This document shows positions 8,651-19,088 of a stretch of 64,000 nucleotides of DNA, one piece after another (position 1 is the first letter of the stretch; each line of letters begins with the position of its first letter). Position numbers and translations under genes: made by a program. The notes under the pieces were generated by a model that saw nothing but the letters and a program-made list of their open reading frames with translations, made no database searches and was not told where the DNA came from. This stretch comes from an uncultured Bdellovibrionales bacterium (GTDB lineage Bacteria > Patescibacteriota > Minisyncoccia > Moranbacterales > UBA1568). The stretch is taken from contig CAZQLN010000001.1 in assembly GCA_964594215.1 (NCBI GenBank), positions 39,638 to 103,637 of the forward strand, in the 5' to 3' direction.

Positions 8651-9028
8651 TTACAAGGGGAGTTCATATTGATCTTCAGGAACTTCGGTTTCAATTCCTG
8701 GCTTAAGACGTCCATTACGATGCCGTGGGCCAGGATTTTTATCGAAAGGCAAGTAGTTGTCTTTGTTGCGCCTTGGTCGATAAATAGATTCGCTCGTGAG
8801 AAAGTAGTCCATGGTGCGACAGTACTTCTCAACCGCGTTCTTCAGAATTTCGTATCTACCGTCACCTTTGGATTTATAGATCATCCGTTGGTGAGCCTCA
8901 ACATCGAAAGCGTCTCCGAAACGCCAGTTTTGCTGAATGCGGCGATACACCCAAGAGCCAATGCCAGCAATCTCTGATTGAGAGAACTGGTAGCGTCTTG
9001 TTGGCTCAAAACGAGCTTGCTTGTTCAT
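8651..9028 (-). CDS. hypothetical protein (orphan)
   Basis: ATG at 9028 after AAGGAG; promoter at 9104-9076. Confidence 0.7.
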   Translation of the reverse strand: MNKQARFEPTRRYQFSQSEIAGIGSWVYRRIQQNWRFGDAFDVEAHQRMIYKSKGDGRYEILKNAVEKYCRTMDYFLTSESIYRPRRNKDNYLPFDKNPGPRHRNGRLKPGIETEVPEDQYELPL

Positions 9029-9075
9029 AACGAAGCTCCTTTCTTGAGCGAGCAATTGAATAGGTACTTACTCAT

Positions 9076-9104
9076 ATTATACACCTAAAACGTTATAAAG
9101 TCAA
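9076..9104 (-). promoter_or_regulatory. sigma70 promoter
   Basis: TTGACT-N17-TATAAT. Confidence 0.8.
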
Positions 9105-9149
9105 CTAGTGGTTGCAGGAGCGCCCTAGACAATGCTTGAATAGAAGTAT

Positions 9150-10439
9150 ATGACCACCAAAACCAAAACCCTTACCCTCTGGGAGGACACGATCAGCCTT
9201 GCAGATTTTCAAGACAAAAACACGCTACCAGAATATCCAGGCGTATATTTTTTCGTGGATGCTACAGAGACGATTCTTTATATTGGTAAGGCCACGTCAC
9301 TCCGTGATCGGGTTAAGAGTTATTTTATTCAAGACATGCTCGAGACTCGTGGACCGAAGATTGAACTGATGATGCCCAAGATAACGAAAATTGGTTTTCG
9401 CAAAACTGATTCTGTTCTTGAGGCACTGCTTCTTGAGTCAGAGTTGATCAAGAAAGTACAGCCACCCTACAACACCAGCGCCAAAGATGATAAGAGCTAC
9501 AATCAAGTAGTGATTACCAAAGAGACCTATCCACGGGTTCTAGTAGTGCGGAGTCGAGACATTGCTCAGGGTAAATTCGATTTTCCGATTAAGTACTCGT
9601 TTGGACCTTTTCCGGATGGCGGGGGACTGAGGGAGGCGATGAAGATTATTCGCAGGTTGTTCCCATTTCGTGACAAGTGTACACCGTATGAAGAGTTGAC
9701 CGAGAAGATGAGGGCCAAGGCCAGGCCATGCTTCTCTGCCCAGATCGGTCTCTGTCCCGGGGTGTGCACGGGGAAAATAGATGCGCGAGCGTATGCGGAA
9801 ATTCTTCGTCATCTCAGACTCTTTTTTTCAGGTAAAAAAAACACGGTTCTCAAGAGTCTTGAGAAGAGTATGTTGCAGGCTGCTCAGGAGCAGCGTTTTG
9901 AAGAGGCTCAAAGTATTAAGAAAGTTTTGTTTGGACTTAAGCATATCGAGGATATAGCTCTTGTCAAAAATGATTTAGGAGAGGGAGAGCGTCATCGCAT
10001 CGAAGCCTTTGATGTAGCTCACATACTAGGAGAGTCAGCGGTAGGCGTGATGACAGTGGTTCAAAACAGTCGTATCCAACCAAGTGAATATCGGCAATTC
10101 AAGCTTCGCGCTAAACACAACGGCAATGATCTAACAGCGCTTGAGGAAATTTTGCGTCGACGCTTTGCTCACCCAGAGTGGCCCTTCCCAGAGCTTGTAG
10201 TAGTAGATGGTGGTGAAGTGCACGTACATTTGGCTGAAAAAATTCTTGCAGAGCTGGCTATTGGTATTCCCGTACTCTCAGTAGTTAAAGATGAGCGTCA
10301 TCGGCCACGAGCAGTACTTGGTATCGAAACTCTAGCAGAGCGCTTTAAGAAAGAAATTCTGCTTGTCAACAATGAAGCTCATCGTTTTGCCATTACTTTT
10401 CATCGTAAACGCCGCGGTAGAAGCTTTTTGAATAGATAA
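9150..10439 (+). CDS. uvrC: excinuclease ABC subunit C (short, no HhH2 domain)
   Basis: GIY-YIG (PGVYFF...YIGKA), UVR domain (FEEA), RNase H-like domain (IEAFDVAH, VDGG, EAHRFAI). Confidence 0.9.
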   Translation: MTTKTKTLTLWEDTISLADFQDKNTLPEYPGVYFFVDATETILYIGKATSLRDRVKSYFIQDMLETRGPKIELMMPKITKIGFRKTDSVLEALLLESELIKKVQPPYNTSAKDDKSYNQVVITKETYPRVLVVRSRDIAQGKFDFPIKYSFGPFPDGGGLREAMKIIRRLFPFRDKCTPYEELTEKMRAKARPCFSAQIGLCPGVCTGKIDARAYAEILRHLRLFFSGKKNTVLKSLEKSMLQAAQEQRFEEAQSIKKVLFGLKHIEDIALVKNDLGEGERHRIEAFDVAHILGESAVGVMTVVQNSRIQPSEYRQFKLRAKHNGNDLTALEEILRRRFAHPEWPFPELVVVDGGEVHVHLAEKILAELAIGIPVLSVVKDERHRPRAVLGIETLAERFKKEILLVNNEAHRFAITFHRKRRGRSFLNR

Positions 10440-10570
10440 GTAGAGTATACAGAGAATATCTAGACCCGAGGAAAAAGTCTCCTGCGGGTCTTTCTCTTTA
10501 CAGCACGCCGAGAATAGTGTATCCTGGGAGACATCTTACAATTTTTTGAACCGCATTAGGATATTTGACT

Positions 10571-13363
10571 ATGGCAGCCAAAAAATCAGTCATTGAGGTA
10601 CGGGGGGCGCGAGTAAATAATCTTAAGAATATCAATGTTGATATTCCTCGTGATGCACTGGTAGTCGTGACGGGTCTTTCTGGATCGGGTAAATCTTCTT
10701 TAGCTTTCGATACTCTTTTTGCTGAAGCTAATCGCCGTTACGTTGAATCACTTTCTTCATACGCTAGAAATTTTCTTGATGGTTTTGAAAAACCAGATGT
10801 GGACGCTATCCACAATCTTTCGCCAGCTATCTCCATCGATCAAAAAAGTGTCTCACGTAGTCCACGCTCTACAGTAGGTACTATGACTGAAGTCTATGAT
10901 TACCTGCGTGTACTCTATGCCAAACTAGGAGAACCCCATTGTCCCAACTGCGCCGCTAAACTGACTCGTAAAAGTGTGCGCGAAATTCTCGAAGAAATCT
11001 TAGCATTGCCTAATGATACGGCTCTTATTTTCACAACAGAGAGTTTCGCCTTGCGAGGTAAAAATGAAAAAGAAGCTCTCCAAATGATTCAAACTTGGGG
11101 CTATCCACGAGTGATGCGTGATGATGAGGTTATTGGTATTGCTGAAGCAAGCGCCTCTGCGAGTAGTACCGAAGAGCATCAGTACGAACTCGTTATTGAT
11201 CGACTTATTCTCAATACCGCTCGACCTGACAAGGAGCGCATTATTGATAATCTGCAGACAGCTTTTCAGCTTGGTCATGGTACTCAGACAGTTATTCTGT
11301 CAGAGACTGGTGAGCGTCGTATCTATAATGAGGAATACCGTTGTGAAAACTGCGAAATCTATCTCCCAGAATTTTCACCGAGTCATTTTTCGTTTAATAA
11401 TCCTGATGGTGCTTGTCCCAAGTGTTCTGGCTTAGGGGTCACACTCGCTTTTGATCCCGAATTGATCATTCCCAACAAAAATCTTTCTTTCTTGGAGGGG
11501 GCGGTACGACCATGGAGCAAAATGAACAGTGGTCGAGAAAACGGCCATGGTCCACTCGCACAGCTACTTGAAGCCGCAAAGCGTCTGAAGATTTCACCAA
11601 GTACTCCTGTCAAAAAACTGCCGAAGAAACATCTAGAAACGCTGCTTTATGGAGATGGACAGGAAAAAGGTTTTGAGGGCATCATCTCACTTCTGGAAAA
11701 AAAATATAAAGACACCAAATCAGACCATCTTCGTAGTGATATCGAAGCCTACATGCACGCTCAGGTTTGTGGAGAGTGTGAAGGTAAGCGTCTCAAGAAA
11801 ACCTCTCTTTCAGTCTTGCTTGGAGGCCTTTCTATAGATGACATTGCTAAGCAGAGTATTGATAGCTTGCTTCACTTTTTACCGCAGCTTGAGAAAAAGT
11901 TAGCGACCAAAGAACAGAAAACATTTGTAGAGCCACTCTTTCGGGAAATGTTTACTCGTCTGCGAGCAGTTGAGAAGGTGGGTCTCGGTTACCTTGAGAT
12001 TCGTCGTGGAGCCCATACTCTTTCTGGTGGTGAAGCTCAGCGTATTCGTCTCTCTGTTCAGATGAAATCAGGTCTTTCGGGGATCATCTATGTTCTTGAT
12101 GAACCATCAGTGGGTCTTCATAGTCGTGATACCGAAAAACTTCTTGGTGCCCTTGAAGATCTTCGTGGCGCTAACAATTCTTTGGTAGTTGTAGAGCATG
12201 ATGTAGCTATTATGAAACGAGCGGACTACATCATCGACATGGGGCCAGGCGCAGGCAGTGAGGGGGGTGAAGTCATTTTTGCTGGTACACCAGAATCCCT
12301 TCTTAAGTCTAAGATGCTCACCGCAGAGTATCTTTCTGGTAAGCGTACCGTCTCAGAGAAAAAGAAGCTCCGTAAAGGTAGTGGTGTTTCTCTTTCTATT
12401 CTTGGTGCTAAAGAACATAACTTGAAAAACGTCGATATTACTTTTCCTCTCGGGATGCTCATTTCGGTAGTGGGTGTATCGGGATCAGGTAAGTCTTCTT
12501 TGGTACATAGTATTTTATCCAAAGCACTCTCCAAACATTTTTATCATGCGAAGGCTGAGCCAGGCGCTCACAAGAAAATCACAGGCTTAGAGCATATTGA
12601 TAAGGTGATCACAGTAAATCAGGATCCAATCGGACGGACTCCGCGTAGTAATGCGGCTACCTACACGGGAGTGTTTGGCTTGATTCGTGATTTGTTTGCA
12701 GCTACTCCAGAAGCCGAGCGAGAGAAATTCAGCGCTAGCCATTTCAGCTTTAATATGCGAGGGGGGCGTTGTGAGGAATGTCAGGGTGGAGGTATGAAGA
12801 AAATTGAGATGTACCTATTGCCAGATGTCTATGTTCCTTGTGAATACTGTCAGGGGACACGGTATAACCAAAAAACTCTTTCTATTGAATACCGTAGTAC
12901 GAACATAGCTCAGATTCTCCAGATGACCGTTACCGAAGCCAGACGTTTTTTCCTTGATCAGCCTATGATTGAGGAGAAGCTTCGGGTGCTCGAAGAAGTA
13001 GGACTCGGCTACTTAGTCTTGGGTCAAAGTGCTACTAATCTTTCTGGTGGTGAAGCTCAGCGTATCAAACTAGCCACTGAACTCGCTCGTAAGTCAACCG
13101 GTAAAACCCTTTACATTCTCGATGAACCAACAATTGGGTTACACTTCGAAGATGTACGGCGTCTTCTGGAGGTACTTGATGCTCTTGTCGATAAGGGGAA
13201 TAGCGTCTTAGTAGTTGAACATAATATTGATGTGATCAAGGCATCGGACTGGGTAGTGGAACTTGGACCCGATGGAGGTAGTTTGGGCGGAGAGTTGGTT
13301 TTCTCTGGCACACCTGCTAAGCTCAAGGCGGTCAAGAAAAGCTTTACTGCTAAGTATCTCTAA
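10571..13363 (+). CDS. uvrA: excinuclease ABC subunit A
   Basis: Two ABC ATPase modules ([26 protein letters not shown] twice) and zinc fingers. Confidence 0.97.
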   Translation: MAAKKSVIEVRGARVNNLKNINVDIPRDALVVVTGLSGSGKSSLAFDTLFAEANRRYVESLSSYARNFLDGFEKPDVDAIHNLSPAISIDQKSVSRSPRSTVGTMTEVYDYLRVLYAKLGEPHCPNCAAKLTRKSVREILEEILALPNDTALIFTTESFALRGKNEKEALQMIQTWGYPRVMRDDEVIGIAEASASASSTEEHQYELVIDRLILNTARPDKERIIDNLQTAFQLGHGTQTVILSETGERRIYNEEYRCENCEIYLPEFSPSHFSFNNPDGACPKCSGLGVTLAFDPELIIPNKNLSFLEGAVRPWSKMNSGRENGHGPLAQLLEAAKRLKISPSTPVKKLPKKHLETLLYGDGQEKGFEGIISLLEKKYKDTKSDHLRSDIEAYMHAQVCGECEGKRLKKTSLSVLLGGLSIDDIAKQSIDSLLHFLPQLEKKLATKEQKTFVEPLFREMFTRLRAVEKVGLGYLEIRRGAHTLSGGEAQRIRLSVQMKSGLSGIIYVLDEPSVGLHSRDTEKLLGALEDLRGANNSLVVVEHDVAIMKRADYIIDMGPGAGSEGGEVIFAGTPESLLKSKMLTAEYLSGKRTVSEKKKLRKGSGVSLSILGAKEHNLKNVDITFPLGMLISVVGVSGSGKSSLVHSILSKALSKHFYHAKAEPGAHKKITGLEHIDKVITVNQDPIGRTPRSNAATYTGVFGLIRDLFAATPEAEREKFSASHFSFNMRGGRCEECQGGGMKKIEMYLLPDVYVPCEYCQGTRYNQKTLSIEYRSTNIAQILQMTVTEARRFFLDQPMIEEKLRVLEEVGLGYLVLGQSATNLSGGEAQRIKLATELARKSTGKTLYILDEPTIGLHFEDVRRLLEVLDALVDKGNSVLVVEHNIDVIKASDWVVELGPDGGSLGGELVFSGTPAKLKAVKKSFTAKYL

Positions 13364-13373
13364 TCTCAAAGCG

Positions 13374-14285
13374 ATGGTAACTAATCTCCACAAAAACATT
13401 ATTGCTACCATCACCTACTACGATGTCCTTGATTTTCCACTGACACCCTACGAACTTTGGCGTTTCTTGATTTCTTATGATGGCACAGCGCTGACAGACA
13501 AAGCACTTTTGCGAGATGTTGTTTGTGCCTTAGAAACAAGTGAACTGCAGAAAAAAGTAGCTTCTCTGAATGGGTTTTTCTTTTTACCAGGGCGAGGACG
13601 TTTAGTGGAAGAACGTGTCGCTAGAGAAAAACTCTCTGCCCGTAAGCTTGTAAAGATGAAAGAGCTTGCCTCATGGATGCGTCACATGCCTTTTGTCCGT
13701 ATGATTGGAGCAACTGGTAGTCTTTCTATTAAGCATGGGACCAAAGAAAGTGACTGGGACATGTTTATTGTTTTTGAAAAAGGTCGTATCTGGTTGGGAC
13801 GGTTTATTATGACGGCCTTTCTTCAGGCGTTTGGTAAGCGTCGTCATGGTCAGAAGGTGCGTGACCGAGCTTGTCTCAATTATTTTATTACTACAGACAG
13901 ACTGGAAATCATGAATAAGGATCTCTATGGAGCTCATGAGTACCAGTCTATGCGTCTCTTGTGGGGGAGTAGAGCCTACCAACGCTTTATGTTGGCGAAT
14001 CAGTGGATACGTGACTTTAAGCCGCACTATCAGCCTAGCGCGCTCTTAGAACGCTTTACTTTGAATGGGGGGTCGAGTTTTATACAGACTCTGTTAGAAA
14101 AACTAGCGGCTTTATTACCTGGGCAAGATCAACTGAGTGCTTGGCAACAACGTAAGATTGCCCATAATCCGAAAACTGATTTACCTGGAAGTCATATTGA
14201 AGCGAGTGATCAAGCACTTATTTTTCTTCCTAAACCACGAGGACCACGAGTGTTTAGCGAATTTAAAAGACGGCTCACTTTTTAG
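13374..14285 (+). CDS. nucleotidyltransferase-domain (pol beta superfamily) protein
   Basis: TGSLS...ESDWDMF resembles GS-x(n)-DxD; N-terminal YYDVLDFPLT motif. Confidence 0.6.
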   Translation: MVTNLHKNIIATITYYDVLDFPLTPYELWRFLISYDGTALTDKALLRDVVCALETSELQKKVASLNGFFFLPGRGRLVEERVAREKLSARKLVKMKELASWMRHMPFVRMIGATGSLSIKHGTKESDWDMFIVFEKGRIWLGRFIMTAFLQAFGKRRHGQKVRDRACLNYFITTDRLEIMNKDLYGAHEYQSMRLLWGSRAYQRFMLANQWIRDFKPHYQPSALLERFTLNGGSSFIQTLLEKLAALLPGQDQLSAWQQRKIAHNPKTDLPGSHIEASDQALIFLPKPRGPRVFSEFKRRLTF

Positions 14286-14380
14286 AGAGTCGAAAAAGAT
14301 TTAGATGAGAAGATCTTGCCTAGCAGAGGTCTTTTTTCATGCTATACTAAGGGGAGAAAAACAAAACTAAATAGGAGACT

Positions 14381-15601
14381 ATGCCGAAATTTTTATATAC
14401 GGCCAAGGCGATTGATACCGGTCAACCGAGTTCTGGAGAAGCAGTTGCAAAAGATGAAAAGGAGTTAGCCAAAGACCTTCGTGGACAGGGGTTGCTTTTG
14501 ACTTCTCATCGTGAAGTGACTGAAGCTACCAAGCTCAACATCAAGTTTTTTGATGGCATGCGCTCAGTGCCACTCAAAGAGAAGATGGTTTTTACCAGAA
14601 ACTTAGCTGTGATGGTTTCTTCAGGGTTGACTCTCTCTCGCGGTATTCACAACCTTAGTTTACAGACCAATCATAAGGGCTTTCGCAAGATCTTGGAAGA
14701 TGTTTTCGAAGAGGTGCAGGCAGGAAAGTCTCTTTCAGAAGGACTCGCTAAATATCCAAAGGTTTTCAATGAGCTATTTACCAACATGATTGCCGTAGGA
14801 GAGGTGTCCGGTAACCTTGAGGAGGTTTTGGATATTTTGGCTACTCAACTGGAGAAAGAACATGATTTATTAAGTAAAGTTCGTGGTGCCCTCATTTATC
14901 CATTGGTTATTTTGGTGGCCATGTTTGGTATTGGAGTTTTGATGTTGGTCTATATTTTACCGAGAATTACCGGTGTGTTTAAGGATATGGATGTGAAGTT
15001 GCCAGCTACGACGCTCGCTATTATGGCTTTTAGTGATTTTCTCCGCAATCACTACATTATTGCTTTTGGAGGACTTTTCCTTTTTATTGTGGGAGTGAAG
15101 GTGTTTGCTGGTACACCTGCGGGTCAAAATTTCTTTCATTGGCTGTATATTCGTTTGCCGATTGTCGGTAATATTGTCATCAAAGTTAACTGTGCCAGAT
15201 TTGCCCGCATCCATAGCTCACTTTTGAAAAGCGGCGTATCTGTGGTGACTGCTCTGGGTATTGTTTCTAAGACACTCGGTAATGTTTATTATAAACGAGC
15301 TATTGAAGAAGCGATTGGTGAGATCCAAAAGGGTACAGAACTTTCCAAGGTCATTAGTCGTTATCCTAAGCTCTTTCCGATTCTTGTGCCACAGATTATT
15401 GAAGTGGGTGAAGAAACCGGTAAGACTGAAATGGTACTCAAGCGTTTGGCTGAATTCTATGAAGAAGAGATTTCTCAGATTACCAAGAACATGTCCTCTA
15501 TTATTGAGCCGGTGTTGATGTTGATTATTGGTGGAGGTGTAGGATTTTTTGCGGTGGCGATGTTACAACCAATGTATTCCGTCTTAGAGAACATTAAGTA
15601 A
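14381..15601 (+). CDS. pilC: type IV pilus platform protein (GspF/PilC)
   Basis: Two T2SS-F repeats (GEVSGNL, ALIYP, GEETG, IIEP). Confidence 0.93.
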   Translation: MPKFLYTAKAIDTGQPSSGEAVAKDEKELAKDLRGQGLLLTSHREVTEATKLNIKFFDGMRSVPLKEKMVFTRNLAVMVSSGLTLSRGIHNLSLQTNHKGFRKILEDVFEEVQAGKSLSEGLAKYPKVFNELFTNMIAVGEVSGNLEEVLDILATQLEKEHDLLSKVRGALIYPLVILVAMFGIGVLMLVYILPRITGVFKDMDVKLPATTLAIMAFSDFLRNHYIIAFGGLFLFIVGVKVFAGTPAGQNFFHWLYIRLPIVGNIVIKVNCARFARIHSSLLKSGVSVVTALGIVSKTLGNVYYKRAIEEAIGEIQKGTELSKVISRYPKLFPILVPQIIEVGEETGKTEMVLKRLAEFYEEEISQITKNMSSIIEPVLMLIIGGGVGFFAVAMLQPMYSVLENIK

Positions 15602-15643
15602 CACTATTTCTCTGGCGAATTTCTTTGTTACAAAATACGAAGT

Positions 15644-17023
15644 ATGAAGTTTTCTAGTCAAAAGCGAACAAGAAAGGGATTTACGCTTATTGAGTCGTTG
15701 ATTTTTCTATTTATTTTTGCTTTGATTGCGACTACTTTTTTTCAGGCCTACATTGTGACCACGAGGACAGTGCTTAATAGTAAAAATCGTCTAGGAGCTA
15801 CTGCCTTGGCTAACCAGAGAATGGAAATTATTCGTAGTATCGAATATACGACTATCGGTACTAAACACTGGAATGGTAGCGCTTGGGTGTATGGTATTCC
15901 TGCAGGAGACCTCATTGAAGAAGAAGATGTAAGTGTGAATACCACTCTCTATCATGTAGATACCTTCGTGCAATATGTAGATGACACTTTCGATGGTTCA
16001 AGTCCGGCAGATACCATTCCTACCGATTATAAAAGAGTGCGTGTGACTGTGAGTTGGGGAGGAAGAACGGCTGATGAAACCGTAGCGCTTTTCGGAAACT
16101 TCTCCCCGAACGGAATAGAGAGCTCAAGTGGTGGAGGAGTACTTTCTATCAATGCTCTTGATTCAAGTGGTATCGGTATTAGTGGAGTTAATGTGCGCAT
16201 TCAGAATAGTTCAGCTGGTATTGATACCACAGCAACAACCGATTCTACCGGGAATGTGACGTTACCTGGAACGCCAGCTGGAACTCAGAAGTATATCCTG
16301 ACACTGTCTAAGAGTGGTTACTATGGAGCTAATACCTATGCTCCATATCCGACGACCGCTTATACTCCAGTAGATGTCCATGCCTCGGTAGTGGCTAATG
16401 TTCTCAATCAGAAAACAGTAGTGATTGATCGTGATGTAGATATGAAACTGAAAACCCAAGATCCTTTTGGGGTAGCTGTTCCGAGCGTGAGTTTCAGTGT
16501 CGCTGGTGGTCGGGTTTTGGGGACCACTCCATCTACCGGAGCTCAAGTGTATAGTCTCAACCAGTCTACTTCTACAGACAGCAGTGGAGAAAAAACCTTT
16601 AGTGATCAGAGTTATGGAAGGTATACATTCACTATTCCAGATACAAGTGCTTATGAGTTTTGGAAGCTCACTCCGGAGAGTAGCACCAACAATGTTTTCG
16701 ATGCTTCTCCAGGAACTAGTACGGATGTGTTAGCCCTCTTCCTGAGTAAAACTCTGGCTTCGTTGAAGGTTCAGGTAGTTCGTAATGATAATGGTAATGC
16801 TATTGCCGGAGCAACCGTTCACCTGACGAATACGACTTTGAGTTATGATGAGACGGTAACGACCGATACCTTTGGTTTTGCTTATTTCCCCAAGACAAGT
16901 ACACCGCTAGCAGTTGATACCTACAACATTGAAATACAGGGCACTGGTTTCCAGACCAAGACAGATACAGTAGTGGTAAGTAATGCATTGACTAAGAAGA
17001 CCTATGATTTAGTAGCTAACTAG
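15644..17023 (+). CDS. large minor pilin with Ig/carboxypeptidase-regulatory-like beta domains
   Basis: KG|FTLIE prepilin site; Thr/Ser-rich repeats of the T.T.TD..G type. Confidence 0.8.
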   Translation: MKFSSQKRTRKGFTLIESLIFLFIFALIATTFFQAYIVTTRTVLNSKNRLGATALANQRMEIIRSIEYTTIGTKHWNGSAWVYGIPAGDLIEEEDVSVNTTLYHVDTFVQYVDDTFDGSSPADTIPTDYKRVRVTVSWGGRTADETVALFGNFSPNGIESSSGGGVLSINALDSSGIGISGVNVRIQNSSAGIDTTATTDSTGNVTLPGTPAGTQKYILTLSKSGYYGANTYAPYPTTAYTPVDVHASVVANVLNQKTVVIDRDVDMKLKTQDPFGVAVPSVSFSVAGGRVLGTTPSTGAQVYSLNQSTSTDSSGEKTFSDQSYGRYTFTIPDTSAYEFWKLTPESSTNNVFDASPGTSTDVLALFLSKTLASLKVQVVRNDNGNAIAGATVHLTNTTLSYDETVTTDTFGFAYFPKTSTPLAVDTYNIEIQGTGFQTKTDTVVVSNALTKKTYDLVAN

Positions 17024-17027
17024 GCTT

Positions 17028-17648
17028 ATGCGCTTTTATAAGGGTCTAACTTTGATTGAAATGTTGGTAGCCATTACGGTGATGCTTATCGCTATGAATG
17101 GCTTCACGTATCTTTTTGTGCGCTCTTGGGATACGAATAGATCAACTATTGAGACCGGTCTCGCCTCGACAACAGCCTCAAGAGCCGTCAATCAGACCAT
17201 TATTCAGTTACGCGCTATCAAACAAGCAGATAATGGAGACTATCCTATTGAAGAGGCTGATGATTTTGATCTCACTATCTATACCGATATTGATGATGAT
17301 GGGGTGACTGAACGAGTGCATTACTATCTCGATCTAGCTACGGATGAGTTTAAGAGGGGTATTACCGACCCGAGTACTTCAACCCCGATTACATATGCCA
17401 GTAGTGATACCACCACTACCATACTAGCTCGTTATATTACCAATGAGAGTAATGAACCAATATTCTATTATTATAATGATGACTATCCTGGAGATACGAC
17501 CAATAATCCTCTTAACACACCAGCTAGTTTGGGAAGTATTCAGCTGGTTCGAGTCAAAATGAAAGTTAATATTGACCCAGTACATGCTCCAGAAAATATC
17601 AATATTGAATCATTCGTAGACCTCCGTAATATGCATAACTATGAGTAA
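17028..17648 (+). CDS. minor pilin (PilW-like)
   Basis: KG|LTLIEML prepilin site. Confidence 0.8.
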   Translation: MRFYKGLTLIEMLVAITVMLIAMNGFTYLFVRSWDTNRSTIETGLASTTASRAVNQTIIQLRAIKQADNGDYPIEEADDFDLTIYTDIDDDGVTERVHYYLDLATDEFKRGITDPSTSTPITYASSDTTTTILARYITNESNEPIFYYYNDDYPGDTTNNPLNTPASLGSIQLVRVKMKVNIDPVHAPENINIESFVDLRNMHNYE

Positions 17649-19053
17649 AAATTTTTTTTCACAGAAAAAAAGAGGAACAGCTCTGGTCTACGGTCTTATT
17701 ATTATGACGGTGGTGGCTATTGTCTTGACTTCTATTATCACTTTCGTAGCCAACCATACTAAGTATGCTTTGCAAATTCATGCTCGAGAGCAGTCATTCC
17801 AGATAGCTGAATCAGGTATCCAGTTCTATCGTTGGTACTTGGCTCACCAGGTAGAGGGTCGTACTGCGGCTCAAGTAGCTGCTTTTTGGGCGGGCACTCC
17901 GTACGGAGTAGCGACTCCTTATGAGAAGGATTATCGTGATCCATCAGGCGACCTGATAGGGCGTTATAAGATTGAGGTGACGCCGCCATCAGGCACATCA
18001 ACAGCCGTCACGGTAGTCGCCACTGGTTGGACGTTTCGTTATCCAAATGACAAGCGTATTATCGAGGTGCGTTTCCGTAAACCAGCCTGGAGTGAAGATA
18101 TTGTACTGGCTAATGATGACTTACGCTTCGGAGCTGGCACTGAAGTATTTGGCAAGATTCATTCTAATGGAGGAATCCGTTTTGATGGTCTAGCTCATAA
18201 TCTTGTTTCGAGTTCACTCAGTACCTACAATGATCCAGATCACAACGGTGCTGATGAATTTGGTGTCCACACACACGATAGCCCTACGGATCCGCTACCC
18301 CCGGCAGCGGTGCCGGATCGGCCGGATGTTTTTGAGGGAGGAAGATCATTTCCAGTCGCAGCTACGGATTTCAATGGTGTGCTTGGTGATCTAGCCTACA
18401 TGAAGAGTGTAGCTCAAGCAGGTACCAATGGCAGTCGCTATCTTGGCAATACCCATCAGGGTTGGCATATTATTTTGAAAACAAACGATACCTTTGATGT
18501 TCGTAATGTTCAGAGTTTCAATGCTGCCACCAATCAGATCAACAACTACTCGGGCGGTTGGAGCACGTACAATATTCCCAATGATGGAGTAATTTTCGCT
18601 GAAAATAATGTTTGGATCTCTGGCACGGTTAATGGAAGGCGTGTTACTGTGGTTGGCGCTAATCTTATATCTGCTTCTCAGAAGAATGTCTATATTGGTA
18701 ATGATATCCGTTATACCAATTATGATTGTACGGATATTATCGGTATTATTGCTCAAAATGATATTGATATTTTTCGAGCCAGTGAAGATGATTTGCGTAT
18801 TGATGCGGCCATGATTGCTCAATCCGGTAAGATTGAACGGCCTCACTATAGTGGTGGTGGTGGAGATCTCATTAAATCAGTCATCACTATCTATGGCGCC
18901 CTAGCCTCTAATCAGCGCTACGGTTTTGCTTGGACAGATGGTACCGGTTATACGACACGTAATCTCTACTATGACAACAATCTCCTGTATTGTCCGCCAC
19001 CGTATTTCCCTACAGGCACCCAATATGAAATGGATTTATGGGAAGAGCGCTAA
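17641..19053 (+). CDS. PilX-like minor pilin
   Basis: RG|TALVY prepilin site lacking Glu5, AESGI motif, large C-terminal beta domain. Confidence 0.75.
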   Translation: MSKNFFSQKKRGTALVYGLIIMTVVAIVLTSIITFVANHTKYALQIHAREQSFQIAESGIQFYRWYLAHQVEGRTAAQVAAFWAGTPYGVATPYEKDYRDPSGDLIGRYKIEVTPPSGTSTAVTVVATGWTFRYPNDKRIIEVRFRKPAWSEDIVLANDDLRFGAGTEVFGKIHSNGGIRFDGLAHNLVSSSLSTYNDPDHNGADEFGVHTHDSPTDPLPPAAVPDRPDVFEGGRSFPVAATDFNGVLGDLAYMKSVAQAGTNGSRYLGNTHQGWHIILKTNDTFDVRNVQSFNAATNQINNYSGGWSTYNIPNDGVIFAENNVWISGTVNGRRVTVVGANLISASQKNVYIGNDIRYTNYDCTDIIGIIAQNDIDIFRASEDDLRIDAAMIAQSGKIERPHYSGGGGDLIKSVITIYGALASNQRYGFAWTDGTGYTTRNLYYDNNLLYCPPPYFPTGTQYEMDLWEER

Positions 19054-19088
19054 AATTCTGCTAGAATATAGAGGAAACACAAATAAAA

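Noticed and set aside
6242-9104. Integron cassette array
   Set aside because: No paired RYYYAAC/GTTRRRY attC sites or intI; genes have their own promoters and mixed orientation
10463-10490. GACCCG...CGGGTC hairpin resembling the one at 52341-52370
   Set aside because: Only a short shared prefix; both are explained as ordinary terminators
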